A stretch of 63,877 nt of DNA, counting the filler, from Octopus bimaculoides (taxonomy: Eukaryota), in the NCBI RefSeq assembly GCF_001194135.2. It is 6 parts of 6 records of this genome, joined end to end, with 100 filler letters (N's around TTAATTAATTAA, not from the genome) between each part and the next. Parts side by side here need not be neighbours in the genome. Positions count along the whole stretch, not along the records: positions 24,868 to 54,620 come from NC_068984.1; positions 54,721 to 61,182 come from NC_068996.1; positions 61,283 to 63,877 come from NC_068988.1; 3 more parts are not named here. The stretch is one strand, 5' to 3'. The notes beneath the pieces were generated by a model. That model saw only the letters and a program-made list of their open reading frames with translations. It made no database searches and had not been told where the DNA came from. Both the position numbers and the translations under genes were made by a program. Below are positions 52,064 through 63,877 of this stretch, in pieces. Position 1 is the first letter of the stretch. Each line of letters begins with the position of its first letter.

Positions 52064-53885
52064 GGTGAGCTAGCAAAATCATTACCATGCCTGATAGTAC
52101 TTAGCAGCATTTCTTCATTTATGTTCTGAGTTCAAATTCCACCAAGGTTGACTTTGCCTTTTATCCCGTTATGGTCAATTAAATAAGTACCAGTCAAGTA
52201 CTGGGGGTTGATGTAATCAAGTAACCCACTTACCCCAATTCCAGGCCTTGTGCCGGTAGTAGAAAGGGTTATTATTATTATCATCATTATTATTATTTTT
52301 ATTATTATTTTGTTACTTTGTTTTACATTAGCTGTTTCAAGTCTGACCAGAGACCTCAAGTAAGAGCAAGTTGGACGTTTTGCTATAGGTGTTATTTATG
52401 ATTAGCAACGATATATTACAGGGTGGAGACCAGACTCTGGAAACTAAGATTCTATTACATATATTATATTTTAATTTTGAAAGAGTTTTGAGGTATTATT
52501 TTCAATTTTTATTATTATTTTTATTGTTGTTGTTATTGTTGTGGTGGTGGAGGATTGACAGAATCATTAGAGCATTGACCAACAAAAACCTTGTGAGATT
52601 TATTCCACCTCTTTACAATCCAAGTTCTAATTCTATCTAGGCCAACTTTGTCTTTCATTTTCTCAGGGTTGATAAAATAAAGTACCTGTCATGAACGGGG
52701 TTGACAGTATCAATTATCCCCTTCTTCTCTACATTCCAAGCTCTGTGCTTATAACAGAAACCATTCTTTTACTTGTTCCAATCATTAGACTACAGCCATG
52801 CTGGGGTGTTACCTTGAAGAGTTTTTAGCTGAATGAATCAAGCCACTACTTTTTTTTTTTTTTTAAGCCTGGTACTTATTCTATCAGTCTCTTTTGCTGA
52901 ACTACTAAGTTACATGGACATTGACATTGTCATGTCACTCAAAGCTATGTTTTTGGACTCACTTTTACCACATTCATCAAATAACATTTTAATTCTCTTC
53001 CAAAGTATTTCATTTCTTCATTACTTGATCATTATGTATAAAATTGTCATATATCTGTGTGGTTATTTTAGTACATGTACATGCGAGTTGGACCATTGAT
53101 TCATATTTTTTTTTAATTAGAACTTCATGTTAACTTTTTGCTGGGAAGGGAGAGAGAGTAAGTAATGATATCAATCCTGTCACAATGCGAAATGACCCAT
53201 CTTACTCATGCCAGCTATTCAGTTGGTTTTTTTCATACTTTGAAGTGACACTTTATCTCTGTGCTTGCTGTGTACAATTGTCTGTTTTAATGTTAAAATT
53301 GGTATAAGGTGGTGAGCTGGCAGAATCATTACCACACTGGGCAGAATGCTTAGTAGCATTTTCTGTCACTACATTCTGAATTCAAATTCCACCATGATTG
53401 ACTTTGCCTTTCATTCTTTCAGGGTTGATAAAACAAGTACCAGTTGAGCATTGAAGTCAATGTAATTGACTTACCCCATCCCCTAAAATTACTGGCCTGG
53501 TTCCAAAATTTGAAACCAATATTAAGATTACTAAAGGTATTGAGCTGGTAGAATTATTGGCACATGGGAAAATATGCTTAGCAGCATTTCTTCTGGCTTT
53601 AGGTTTTGAGTTTAAATTCCACTGAGATCAACTTTGTCTTTCATCCTTTTGAGGTAAATAAAATAAGTATCAGTTAAGCACCGGGATCAATGTAATTGTC
53701 AAGTCCCCTTTCCCAAAATGTCAAACCTTGTGCCTATCGCAGAAGGTAATATTCTTTTTCTACTATAGGCATAAGGCCTGAAAGTTTGCGGGTGAGGGCT
53801 AGTCAATTGCATCAACCCCAGCACTTAACTGGTACTCATTTTATTGACTATGAATGGATGAAAAGCAAACTCATCTTCAGTGGAA
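51803..53885. mobile_element. Second SINE B cluster (about 5 + copies, 1 - copy) with a SINE A 3' fragment (52765-52925, -)
   Basis: Heads at about 51803, 52063, 52545, 53308 and 53535; the first three follow (ATT)n-like tracts. Confidence 0.8.
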
Positions 53886-53965
53886 TGTAGTTGAAGCTAA
53901 TATTAAGATTGGTAAGTTGATAAAATTTATTTGCTGAAATGAGAGTCAGAAAATGTACATGAGTA

Positions 53966-54014
<49 letters not shown>

Positions 54015-54151
54015 NNNNNNNNNNNNNNNNNNNNNNNNNNNNNNNNNNNNNNNNNNNNNNNNNNNNNNNNNNNNNNNNNNNNNNNNNNNNNNNNNNNNNN
54101 NNNNNNNNNNNNNNNNNNNNNNNNNNNNNNNNNNNNNNNNNTATATATATG

Positions 54152-54620
54152 ATCATCATCGTCATCATTGTTTAACGTCTGCTTTCCATGCTCGCCTGGG
54201 CTGGACGATTTGACTGAGGACTGGTGAACTGGATGGCTGCCCCCCCCCCCAGGCTCTAATCTGATCTGGCAGAGTTTCTACAGCTGGATGCCCTTCCTAA
54301 TGCCAGCCACTCCGAGAGTATAGTGAGTCTGTTTTACGTGCCACCGGCATGAGGGCCAGTAATGCAGTACTGGCAACAGCCATGCTCAAAATTGTGTTTT
54401 TTACATGCCACCTGCACAGGAGCCAGTCCAGTGGCACTGGCAACGACCTCACTCGAATGATTTTCTAATGTGCCACCAGCACAAGTGCCAGTAAGCCGAT
54501 GCTGGTAACGATCATGCTCAAATAGTGCTATTTACGTGCCACTAGCACGGATGCCAGACAGCTGCTCTGGCAATGATCACGCTCGGACAGTGCTGTTAGT
54601 GCTCCACTGGCACAGGTGCC
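54152..54620 (-). mobile_element. RTE 3' UTR with at least 5 tandem ~64-bp units, next to (TA)n
   Basis: Matches 13895-14250. Units begin at about 54331, 54398, 54461, 54529 and 54593. Confidence 0.85.
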
Positions 54621-54939
54621 NNNNNNNNNNNNNNNNNNNNNNNNNNNNNNNNNNNNNNNNNNNNTTAATTAATTAANNNNNNNNNNNNNNNNNNNNNNNN
54701 NNNNNNNNNNNNNNNNNNNNACATACATATATTATTTATATTATTATATGTATCTTATAGTAAAAATGGATACATAAGGGTGGAAAATCACAGGAATAAT
54801 ACCATATGTCCAACGCAAGATACGATATGTGTGTTCAATTCCTTCAAGAATTAATAAATGAATTTATAGTATTCAGTCTCTTCAACTCTAGCCCGTCTTT
54901 ATGTATTGTTATATTAACAATACATAATTATACAAAATA

Positions 54940-55294
54940 TTATTATATATATACATATACATACATATACATACATATATACATACCGCCAAGATATTAG
55001 ACCGACCCAATTCTATGCTAAAGTTTATTGTAAGTTAGTGTTCACGAGTCTTTGTGCATGGCTGTGTGTGACGATGGGAACAATGCTTTCATTGTAACTA
55101 AAACATTTCCATTTCAAATAAAATTAATTCCTCGATGTCATATGTATGTATACACACACACACGCGTATATATATATATAAATATATAAATGCATATATA
55201 CATATATATATACATATATATATGCGCGCGCGTATGTGCGCATTCGTGTATATATATATGTATATGTGTCTATATATATTTCTGTGTGTGTATA

Positions 55295-55325
<31 letters not shown>

Positions 55326-55463
55326 GTGTATAAAAACATGTACAGAAAGACAAACTGTCAGACAGGCAGATAAATAGATAGATAGATAGGTGGGTAGGTA
55401 GGTAGGTAGGGAGACAGGGAATTTAATATATATGTCTTGAAGTATATGCATTTATATATATTA

Positions 55464-55507
<44 letters not shown>

Positions 55508-56052
55508 CTATATATATCTTTATATATATGTATATGTATATATATACATATATACACACACACNNNNNNNNNNNNNNNNNNNNNNNNNNNNNNNNNNNNN
55601 NNNNNNNNNNNNNNNNNNNNNNNNNNNNNNNNNNNNNNNNNNNNNNNNNNNNNNNNNNNNNNNNNNNNNNNNNNNNNNNNNNNNNNNNNNNNNNNNNNNN
55701 NNNNNNNNNNNNNNNNNNNNNNNNNNNNNNNNNNNNNNNNNNNNNNNNNNNNNNNNNNNNNNNNNNNNNNNNNNNNNNNNNNNNNNNNNNNNNNNNNNNN
55801 NNNNNNNNNNNNNNNNNNNNNNNNNNNNNNNNNNNNNNNNNNNNNNNNNNNNNNNNNNNNNNNNNNNNNNNNNNNNNNNNNNNNNNNNNNNNNNNNNNNN
55901 NNNNNNNNNNNNNNNNNNNNNNNNNNNNNNNNNNNNNNNNNNNNNNNNNNNNNNNNAGATAAATAGATAGATAGATAGGTGGGTAGGTAGGTAGGTAGGG
56001 AGACAGGGAATTTAATATATATGTCTTGAAGTATATGCATTTATATATATTA

Positions 56053-56086
<34 letters not shown>

Positions 56087-56506
56087 GTAAACTTGATTGT
56101 AACCTCATACTTTCGGGTTCAATCTCTCTATAGGCATCGCGAGGAAATGTGTTCTACAATAACCTCGAGTCGAGGTTATTGTAAAATAAAATTTGATCGA
56201 CGATAAGTACGACCTAGCCTGCACCGTATATATATGTGTGTGAATGCATACACCCCCCACACACACATCTGCGTCTATGCATGTATGTGAATAACTATGA
56301 AACTTAAAAAATAAGTACTGAGATCGATTTGTCCGAGTAAATATATTTACATGTAGATGTTTATATATACACATATATACATCTACATGTATATATGTAC
56401 ATATATGTATATATATGCACGTATATATACATATCTACATATATATATATATATATGTATATATATGTATATAACTATATATATATATGTGTATATGTAT
56501 ATATGC

Positions 56507-56537
<31 letters not shown>

Positions 56538-56843
56538 CACAGATATATAAATATATACATATACATATATACATATACATATATATAAATATATAAAAAC
56601 ATATATATATATATAAGCAATAATAAATCTCTGAACGAGGTAAAAACAGTAGCTGCACGACAACGTGAAGTATATTTGCCACTTAAATGCGGCTAACAAC
56701 TAAGGGTGAATGATACTGTAGGTTATAGTAATCCATAATCATCAGTGGGTCAAAATATTTTTAGTCTCTCTCAAATTTATCTATGAATACTTTATTCTAA
56801 GTTGCAGGGCATAGCTTATTCTTGAATCTATCCCAACCTTGGA

Positions 56844-56888
<45 letters not shown>

Positions 56889-59062
56889 NNNNNNNNNNNN
56901 NNNNNNNNNNNNNNNNNNNNNNNNNNNNNNNNNNNNNNNNNNNNNNNNNNNNNNNNNNNNNNNNNNNNNNNNNNNNNNNNNNNNNNNNATATGTATATAT
57001 ATATATATATGTATACATATATATATGCATATATATATGTACATATATATATATATACACAGACACATATATACATATATATACACGTATATATGTACAA
57101 ACTTAAATAATCGCATGCATAGTAATACACATACTTTCATGTAGTCACAAAATGATATATATTTGTATATACATGCACACCTATATAGGTTCATATATGT
57201 ATGTAACCAAATGTTTCCATCAAATTCTTCATATTTTTGAAACGCTTTAACGAAGAAAGGTTTACGCTACGTATGCATTTTATATTATACATTGTGCAAA
57301 CCTGGAACATACGTATTAAATGTGTTGACTTCATTATAACAACTATTAGTACGCGATGTCAGTATAAACTAGTGGATAGTTTTACAATTTGGAATAGTTT
57401 GTTATATTTGACTGGTGTTGAAAATTCCAATACCGTGCACCACTTCTTACTGTAACAAGATGTATGTATGTATGTATGTATGTATGTATGTATGTTTGTA
57501 TGTATGTATGTGTCTGTTTGTCTTTCTGTATATCTATATGTCTATGTATGTGTGTATGTACGTATGTATGTATCTATGTGTATATATGTGTGTATTTATA
57601 TATAAATGTGTGTGATATGCATATACATATATACGTATGTATGCATGCGTGTGTGCGTGTGTGTCTCCGTATGTGCGTGCCTATATAGATACGCAAATGT
57701 ACATACACATACATATAATAATCATAAATGCATAAAACATAAGTACACAGTTAAAGGCACACACAAATATTCAAATATGTTACATTGATCACGCTGTTAA
57801 ATATATGTTACGNNNNNNNNNNNNNNNNNNNNNNNNNNNNNNNNNNNNNNNNNNNNNNNNNNNNNNNNNNNNNNNNNNNNNNNNNNNNNNNNNNNNNNNN
57901 NNNNNNNNNNNNNNNNNNNNNNNNNNNNNNNNNNNNNNNNNNNNNNNNNNNNNNNNNNNNNNNNNNNNNNNNNNNNNNNNNNNNNNNNNNNNNNNNNNNN
58001 NNNNNNNNNNNNNNNNNNNNNNNNNNNNNNNNNNNNNNNNNNNNNNNNNNNNNNNNNNNNNNNNNNNNNNNNNNNNNNNNNNNNNNNNNNNNNNNNNNNN
58101 NNNNNNNNNNNNNNNNNNNNNNNNNNNNNNNNNNNNNNNNNNNNNNNNNNNNNNNNNNNNNNNNNNNNNNNNNNNNNNNNNNNTATATATATATATATAT
58201 ATATGTGTATACATACATGTACATGCATATATATGTATACATATATATATATAAATATATATATAGCAATGTAGATATACAGCTTTATACATATATAGAC
58301 ACACACACACACACACATACATATTTATATGTATGCACATAAACTGGACATTAAATATATAACAAAAAAGAAAAACAAAAAATATATATCACCATTTGAA
58401 ACGTAATTTATTTTTAAAGAACCTTTCAGATCAAAACAACATTCCGATTTTATATATACACGCAAAGAGAAAAAAAATTATAAACACCCATATACACTTA
58501 TTATACATAAAAAAAAGAACTCATACATGTATGCAGTTGATGTATGTATTTTATCTTCTAGCGTTGATATGCTTGTGCATTTGTGTGTGTTTTTCTTTTT
58601 TATCTCCTTGTTTTCATTTTTTTTTCGATATCTGCATATTTACTACATTTTACGGGTTGGGGTTGCTGTACCGACCTGTATCTAAATGTGAGATACATGC
58701 TTATTTGTATGTGTATATGAGGATGCCTGTGAATGCCTTTCTTATTGACTTCATATATATGCATAAATATATAAGTATACATATACACATGTATAAATAC
58801 ATATATGTATGTATGTATGTATGTATATACATATGTATGTATATCTATGTATGTATATGAACACATGTATGTGTGAGTGTGTGTGAAAGGATGTGAACTT
58901 CTGTGCATGCAATATATGATTGGGTATCTGCAAGTGTGAAGTTGCTGTGATGTATGAAAATATATACTTCAGTTGCTGCACTGTACACGCATCTGTGTCT
59001 CTTTGTCTTACACATTCAGGCAGTAACATTCATGCATGGCATACAGACACACATATGCTTAT

Positions 59063-59101
<39 letters not shown>

Positions 59102-60850
59102 TATATATGTATTTGTGTATATACATACATACAAGAATGATGTTACACGAAGATGAAAATAGCAGGTTTCTCATATATATATATATATATANNNNNNNNN
59201 NNNNNNNNNNNNNNNNNNNNNNNNNNNNNNNNNNNNNNNNNNNNNNNNNNNNNNNNNNNNNNNNNNNNNNNNNNNNNNNNNNNNNNNNNNNNNNNNNNNN
59301 NNNNNNNNNNNNNNNNNNNNNNNNNNNNNNNNNNNNNNNNNNNNNNNNNNNNNNNNNNNNNNNNNNNNNNNNNNNNNNNNNNNNNNNNNNNNNNNNNNNN
59401 NNNNNNNNNNNNNNNNNNNNNNNNNNNNNNNNNNNNNNNNNNNNNNNNNNNNNNNNNNNNNNNNNNNNNNNNNNNNNNNNNNNNNNNNNNNNNNNNNNNN
59501 NNNNNNNNNNNNNNNNNNNNNNNNNNNNNNNNNNNNNNNNNNNNNNNNNNNNNNNNNNNNNNNNNNNNNNNNNNNNNNNNNNNNNNNNNNNNNNNNNNNN
59601 NNNNNNNNNNNNNNNNNNNNNNNNNNNNNNNNNNNNNNNNNNNNNNNNNNNNNNNNNNNNNNNNNNNNNNNNNNNNNNNNNNNNNNNNNNNNNNNNNNNN
59701 NNNNNNNNNNNNNNNNNNNNNNNNNNNNNNNNNNNNNNNNNNNNNNNNNNNNNNNNNNNNNNNNNNNNNNNNNNNNNNNNNNNNNNNNNNNNNNNNNNNN
59801 NNNNNNNNNNNNNNNNNNNNNNNNNNNNNNNNNNNNNNNNNNNNNNNNNNNNNNNNNNNNNNNNNNNNNNNNNNNNNNNNNNNNNNNNNNNNNNNNNNNN
59901 NNNNNNNNNNNNNNNNNNNNNNNNNNNNNNNNNNNNNNNNNNNNNNNNNNNNNNNNNNNNNNNNNNNNNNNNNNNNNNNNNNNNNNNNNNNNNNNNNNNN
60001 NNNNNNNNNNNNNNNNNNNNNNNNNNNNNNNNNNNNNNNNNNNNNNNNNNNNNNNNNNNNNNNNNNNNNNNNNNNNNNNNNNNNNNNNNNNNNNNNNNNN
60101 NNNNNNNNNNNNNNNNNNNNNNNNNATATATATATATATATATATATACATACACACACATATACATATACATATATATGCATGTATATTCAACGGTGTA
60201 AGGGCGAAAATGTATGGTGTGTTGGTTCGTAAATGGGTTGTGTTTGTTTGTAGGAAGTGGGGCAGGTTTAGGGTAGATATGTGATTCGAGATTACTTTTT
60301 TGCATCTTTGAAAATAATAATAAAAGTAAAAATAAGAATAAAAATTAAAAAAAAAAACAAGAGAAATAAGGGAGAATGAAAAGTATAATTAAAGGTACAA
60401 GTACAAATACCGCCCAGATATGTCTATATATATATATATATATATATATTCTAGTTGCAAAATTTCTTGAGAGGAATAACGAAGATGCAGACGACGACAA
60501 TGATGATGAAATCGGTGATGAAGAAAATGATGATGGTGATGATTATGAAGATGGTGATAATGATGAAGATGGTGACGATGGCATTTATGATGATGAGGAT
60601 AATGATGATTATTTATGATGTTCATTGTTAATGTTTCAAGGACAGGCCGTTTCTATTAAAAATTACCAAGATTTTCAATATTTGGTTTTATACTATAAAC
60701 AATATTCTAAGTGTATGTGTGTGCGTGCGTGTGTTTGTGTGTGTGTGTGTGTGTGTGTATGTGTGTGCTTGCGTGTTAGTGTGTGTGTTTGTGTGTGCGT
60801 GTGTGCGTGTGTGTGTACGTGTGATAGAGAGAAAGAAAGAAAATGAGAGC
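54940..60850. repeat. About 6 kb of degenerate (TA)/(CA)/(TATG)/(TATC) microsatellite and N gaps; (GAT)n-like tract at 60480-60620
   Basis: Read directly. Confidence 0.9.
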
Positions 60851-61301
60851 GTGAAAGGAAGGTTGTATGGAGCTGCCAGTTATGATAGCTAAATTCAGCA
60901 CTTTAACCTACCTCTCCTTAAACTAGAAAGCTACGCCGAATAAAGTGCTGCTAGATATAAGCTTCACATAGCCGAAGCTTCTTTGCTTAACTATTTGCTC
61001 GATTAGATTTCACCTGGAGCTAAAATATATCATCAAAATAACTGAGAAGCTTGGTGAATGTTTATGAATGTCTCTATATATGTCCACCAACGCCTATTTT
61101 ATGCTCCATATACACATACACGCACATACACATTTATGTGTCTAATTCTCTCTCTGTATGCATATATATATATATATATATANNNNNNNNNNNNNNNNNN
61201 NNNNNNNNNNNNNNNNNNNNNNNNNNTTAATTAATTAANNNNNNNNNNNNNNNNNNNNNNNNNNNNNNNNNNNNNNNNNNNNTATATATATATATATATA
61301 T

Positions 61302-61465
61302 GGGAGAATATACAAATAATAACAACAGACGAGGACAGGTGGTGTAAATAACAAAAGTATATATTAGTATGACGCTCGGGAATACGGAAAGTCTTTGACG
61401 TTTCGAGCTACGCTCTTCAACAGAAAGAATACGGAGACAAGGAGAAAAACACGGAGAAAAAAAAT
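61302..61465 (-). mobile_element. Penelope-like pseudo-LTR, family 1
   Basis: A minimal hammerhead motif followed by a T-rich tail running into (TA)n, the usual PLE pLTR layout. Confidence 0.6.
61392..61428 (-). ncRNA. Minimal type I hammerhead ribozyme motif (A6->U variant)
   Basis: TCTTT-CTGTTGA-A-GAGC(GTA)GCTC-GAAAC-GTC-AAAGA: stem I TCTTT/AAAGA, stem II GAGC/GCTC, palindromic ACGT in place of stem III, GUC cleavage triplet. Confidence 0.75.
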
Positions 61466-61764
61466 TGAATAGTGTTCAGTCAACGGTCAATCATAATAAT
61501 GAATTTTGAGCCCGAAAAAGCAGAGGATATTGAACCATGGAACATATCGAACTATGATCTAGGGATAAATATATATACAATCATAATAAGGATATGTAAA
61601 CCTCTTATAGGGATGTTTTATCCAAGATACACGGGTTAAATATATCATATTTTGAAGAGATATTTCTTCAATAAATATATGATATAAAATATTGTAAAAT
61701 ATCTAACGTCATTATCGAGTTAGAAAGCCAATACATCTAACCGATACAAAGTAAGTTTATAATT

Positions 61765-62085
61765 ACTTAACATATTTATTAATCAATCAATCTATTCAAC
61801 TACAATTGTTTCATTTCACAAACAAATTTAAAATTACAAAACATATGTAAATATGTAGTTTTGCATTTTAAATACCTTGTATGGTAAATCACCAGGATGT
61901 ACAAAGGACAATAAGGATGGCATTACGATCGAAATGTAAACCTTATTGTCTTTTGTACAGCCTGATGATTTTCAATACAAGGTATTTAAAATGCAAAACT
62001 ACATATTTATATTTTTTTAAATTTTAATTTTGTTTGTGGAATGAAACAGCTGTAAGTGAATATGTTAAGTACTTAATAAATTAAG
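61765..62085. repeat. About 320-bp imperfect palindrome (foldback)
   Basis: A 34-bp perfect arm TAAATATGTAGTTTTGCATTTTAAATACCTTGTA / TACAAGGTATTTAAAATGCAAAACTACATATTTA, an inner stem GTACAAAGGACAATAAGG / CCTTATTGTCTTTTGTAC, and weaker outer pairing. Confidence 0.9.
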
Positions 62086-62757
62086 TTGCATCCATTAGCT
62101 CTCTGTGTTTTCTAACTCGATAACACACACACACACACANNNNNNNNNNNNNNNNNNNNNNNNNNNNNNNNNNNNNNNNNNNNNNNNNNNNNNNNNNNNN
62201 NNNNNNNNNNNNNNNNNNNNNNNNNNNNNNNNNNNNNNNNNNNNNNNNNNNNNNNNNNNNNNNNNNNNNNNNNNNNNNNNNNNNNNNNNNNNNNNNNNNN
62301 NNNNNNNNNNNNNNNNNNNNNNNNNNNNNNNNNNNNNNNNNNNNNNNNNNNNNNNNNNNNNNNNNNNNNNNNNNNNNNNNNNNNNNNNNNNNNNNNNNNN
62401 NNNNNNNNNNNNNNNNNNNNNNNNNNNNNNNNNNNNNNNNNNNNNNNNNNNNNNNNNNNNNNNNNNNNNNNNNNNNNNNNNNNNNNNNNNNNNNNNNNNN
62501 NNNNNNNNNNNNNNNNNNNNNNNNNNATATATATATATATATACCGAGGGTATGAGAGGTATTGGTATCTAGAAGACCTAAAGTGTATCGGGTAACTCTA
62601 AATAAGTACTATGGATAGACCGTAGTTAAACTCTTGGTTCGATAATGATAAGAATGAGGAGTCTAACGTGGGTCTTGTATTAGCATGCATATATTAGACA
62701 GAATGAGATAACAAATCCAAGGCTGTGAGGAGTTTTCAGGACAATTATAATGAAATA

Positions 62758-62805
62758 GTCTCACAACTCTTTCTGGGATATAATGGATATCCCTTCATCA
62801 GAGAT
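62758..62805 (-). ncRNA. Hammerhead ribozyme motif (family 2, copy 1)
   Basis: ATCT-CTGATGA-A-GGGATAT(CCATT)ATATCCC-A-GAAA-GAGTT-GTG-AGAC. The 7-bp stem II is intact; stem III and the triplet are mutated. Confidence 0.7.
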
Positions 62806-63700
62806 AGTGTCAGAAAATATTTGAGTTCGAATTATTGTTGAAAAGGAGGAGATAGGGCATATAGAGGGAGATAATATAGGGAATATAGAGGTAAATAAGA
62901 AAATGAAAGTAGAAATAAGATACATAAAGATATTGTAGTTGCAGTTCCATTATTCGAGGAAAACGGTTTATAGAAGTGCTAAAAAAGTTTCCTATACATG
63001 GTATGTAAGTTCCAATAGCAGTTCATGTTTAGTTATTTCAAATTATAGAGCCGTGGAAACAGTGTTGCTCATTCGAAAGTGTTTTGTGGTGTGAATGAAA
63101 ATTTGAGAATGTTTTGGTAGTATTTATAGATAGATGGAGAGAGGAGAGATGTGTATGATTAGAAAGAGGAGATAGGTCAAATCTAAAACAGGAAGAGAAT
63201 CTGAGAGGAAGAAAGAGGGTAAAACAAAGACTGAAAACATTAAGAAAGTGTGAAGGAGGTGAGAAAGGGAGTGTTAGTTGGTGGTCAAGATAGTGTGATG
63301 GGAGGATGGGAGCGGTGTACGAGGAAGATAGGAAGAGGTGAGAAAGTAAGGAATAAAAGGCAGTGTGATATGTGAATAGGGGAGATATGACAGGGCTGCA
63401 TTAACGGATGGGTAGGGAAAAGGTAGAGAAAAGTTATGGTTGGGGTGATACCGAAGTGAGTAGTAGTTTTGGTAGTAAAATTTGAGGTGGAGGGAAGAAC
63501 ACAAGGATGTCAAATTACTATAAATACACGTGTGTGATAGGTTAGTGATAGGTAGGAATAGGAGAGGGGGAAAGAAGGTATAATGGCATACGTCCACATG
63601 CACTCATATACATAGATATTTGCGAATATGTATACATATATACGCTCGCGCATATATACATATATACATGCGTCTATACATACACACGCATATATACACA

Positions 63701-63746
63701 ATCTGATGAAGGGATATCCATAATATTGCAGAAACAGCTATAAGAC
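63701..63746 (+). ncRNA. Hammerhead ribozyme motif (family 2, copy 2)
   Basis: CTGATGA-A-GGGATATCCATAATATTGC-A-GAAAC-AGCT-ATA-AGAC. Stem II is damaged, the palindromic AGCT loop and AUA triplet are present, and the 5' strand of stem I is truncated. Confidence 0.65.
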
Positions 63747-63877
63747 TATTTCATTATAAATGTCCTGAAAACACCTCACAGCCTTGGATTTGTTATCTCA
63801 TTCTGTCTAATATATATATATATATACATATGTAGATATATATAGATAGATAGCTAGCTAGATAGATAGATAGATAG

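Larger units (their letters stand above)
62689..63815 (-). mobile_element. Non-autonomous or decayed Penelope-like element with inverted pseudo-LTRs, family 2
   Basis: 62689-62802 and 63702-63815 are inverted copies (9 mismatches in 114 bp), each starting with a hammerhead core. They enclose about 900 bp of strongly strand-biased sequence. Confidence 0.65.

Noticed and set aside
54331-54620. CRISPR array
   Set aside because: The units are diverged along their whole length with homologous 'spacers', lie inside an RTE 3' UTR, and no cas genes are present in this eukaryotic context.
55368-56080. About 120-bp direct duplication flanking a gap (55368 and 55957)
   Set aside because: Identical sequence on both sides of an N gap is most likely unmerged contig overlap or alleles. 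The same applies to 30112-30212 and 28720-28770.
4924-61238. Five evenly structured TTAATTAATTAA palindromes as a biological repeat system
   Set aside because: Each is centred in an N block (44 N + 12 + 44 N where counted) and gives six-frame stops, so it is an assembly placeholder.
511-63701. Most six-frame ORFs (YIYI, HTHT, CVCV, poly-X, poly-D/M/S/K/N)
   Set aside because: They are translations of microsatellites or N gaps. Only the RTE (14510-14734, 27844-28038) and R4/Dong (50956-51842) ORFs have recognisable protein motifs.

Overview
This is AT-rich, gap-riddled eukaryotic DNA with no prokaryotic features, no CRISPR array, no rRNA or tRNA gene and no intact protein-coding gene that I can support. 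The microsatellite load and SINE families look like an octopus (coleoid cephalopod) draft assembly, probably intronic or intergenic; this is inference from pattern recognition, not a database search. Nearly all listed ORFs are microsatellite or N-gap artefacts. The real content is transposon-derived. It includes three or more tRNA-headed SINE families (about 45 copies), several RTE LINE remnants and their 3' UTR tails, and three R4/Dong-type RLE LINE fragments, two of them stacked in one (TAA)n tract. There are also hAT/Charlie-type non-autonomous elements with 8-bp target duplications and several long foldback MITEs. The most interesting region is 61.3-63.8 kb, where Penelope-like pseudo-LTRs carry hammerhead-ribozyme motifs of two different families, including an inverted pair. 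A further hammerhead-like core lies at 13.6 kb. Repeat boundaries were read by eye and are approximate to about 10-20 bp unless motif positions are quoted.
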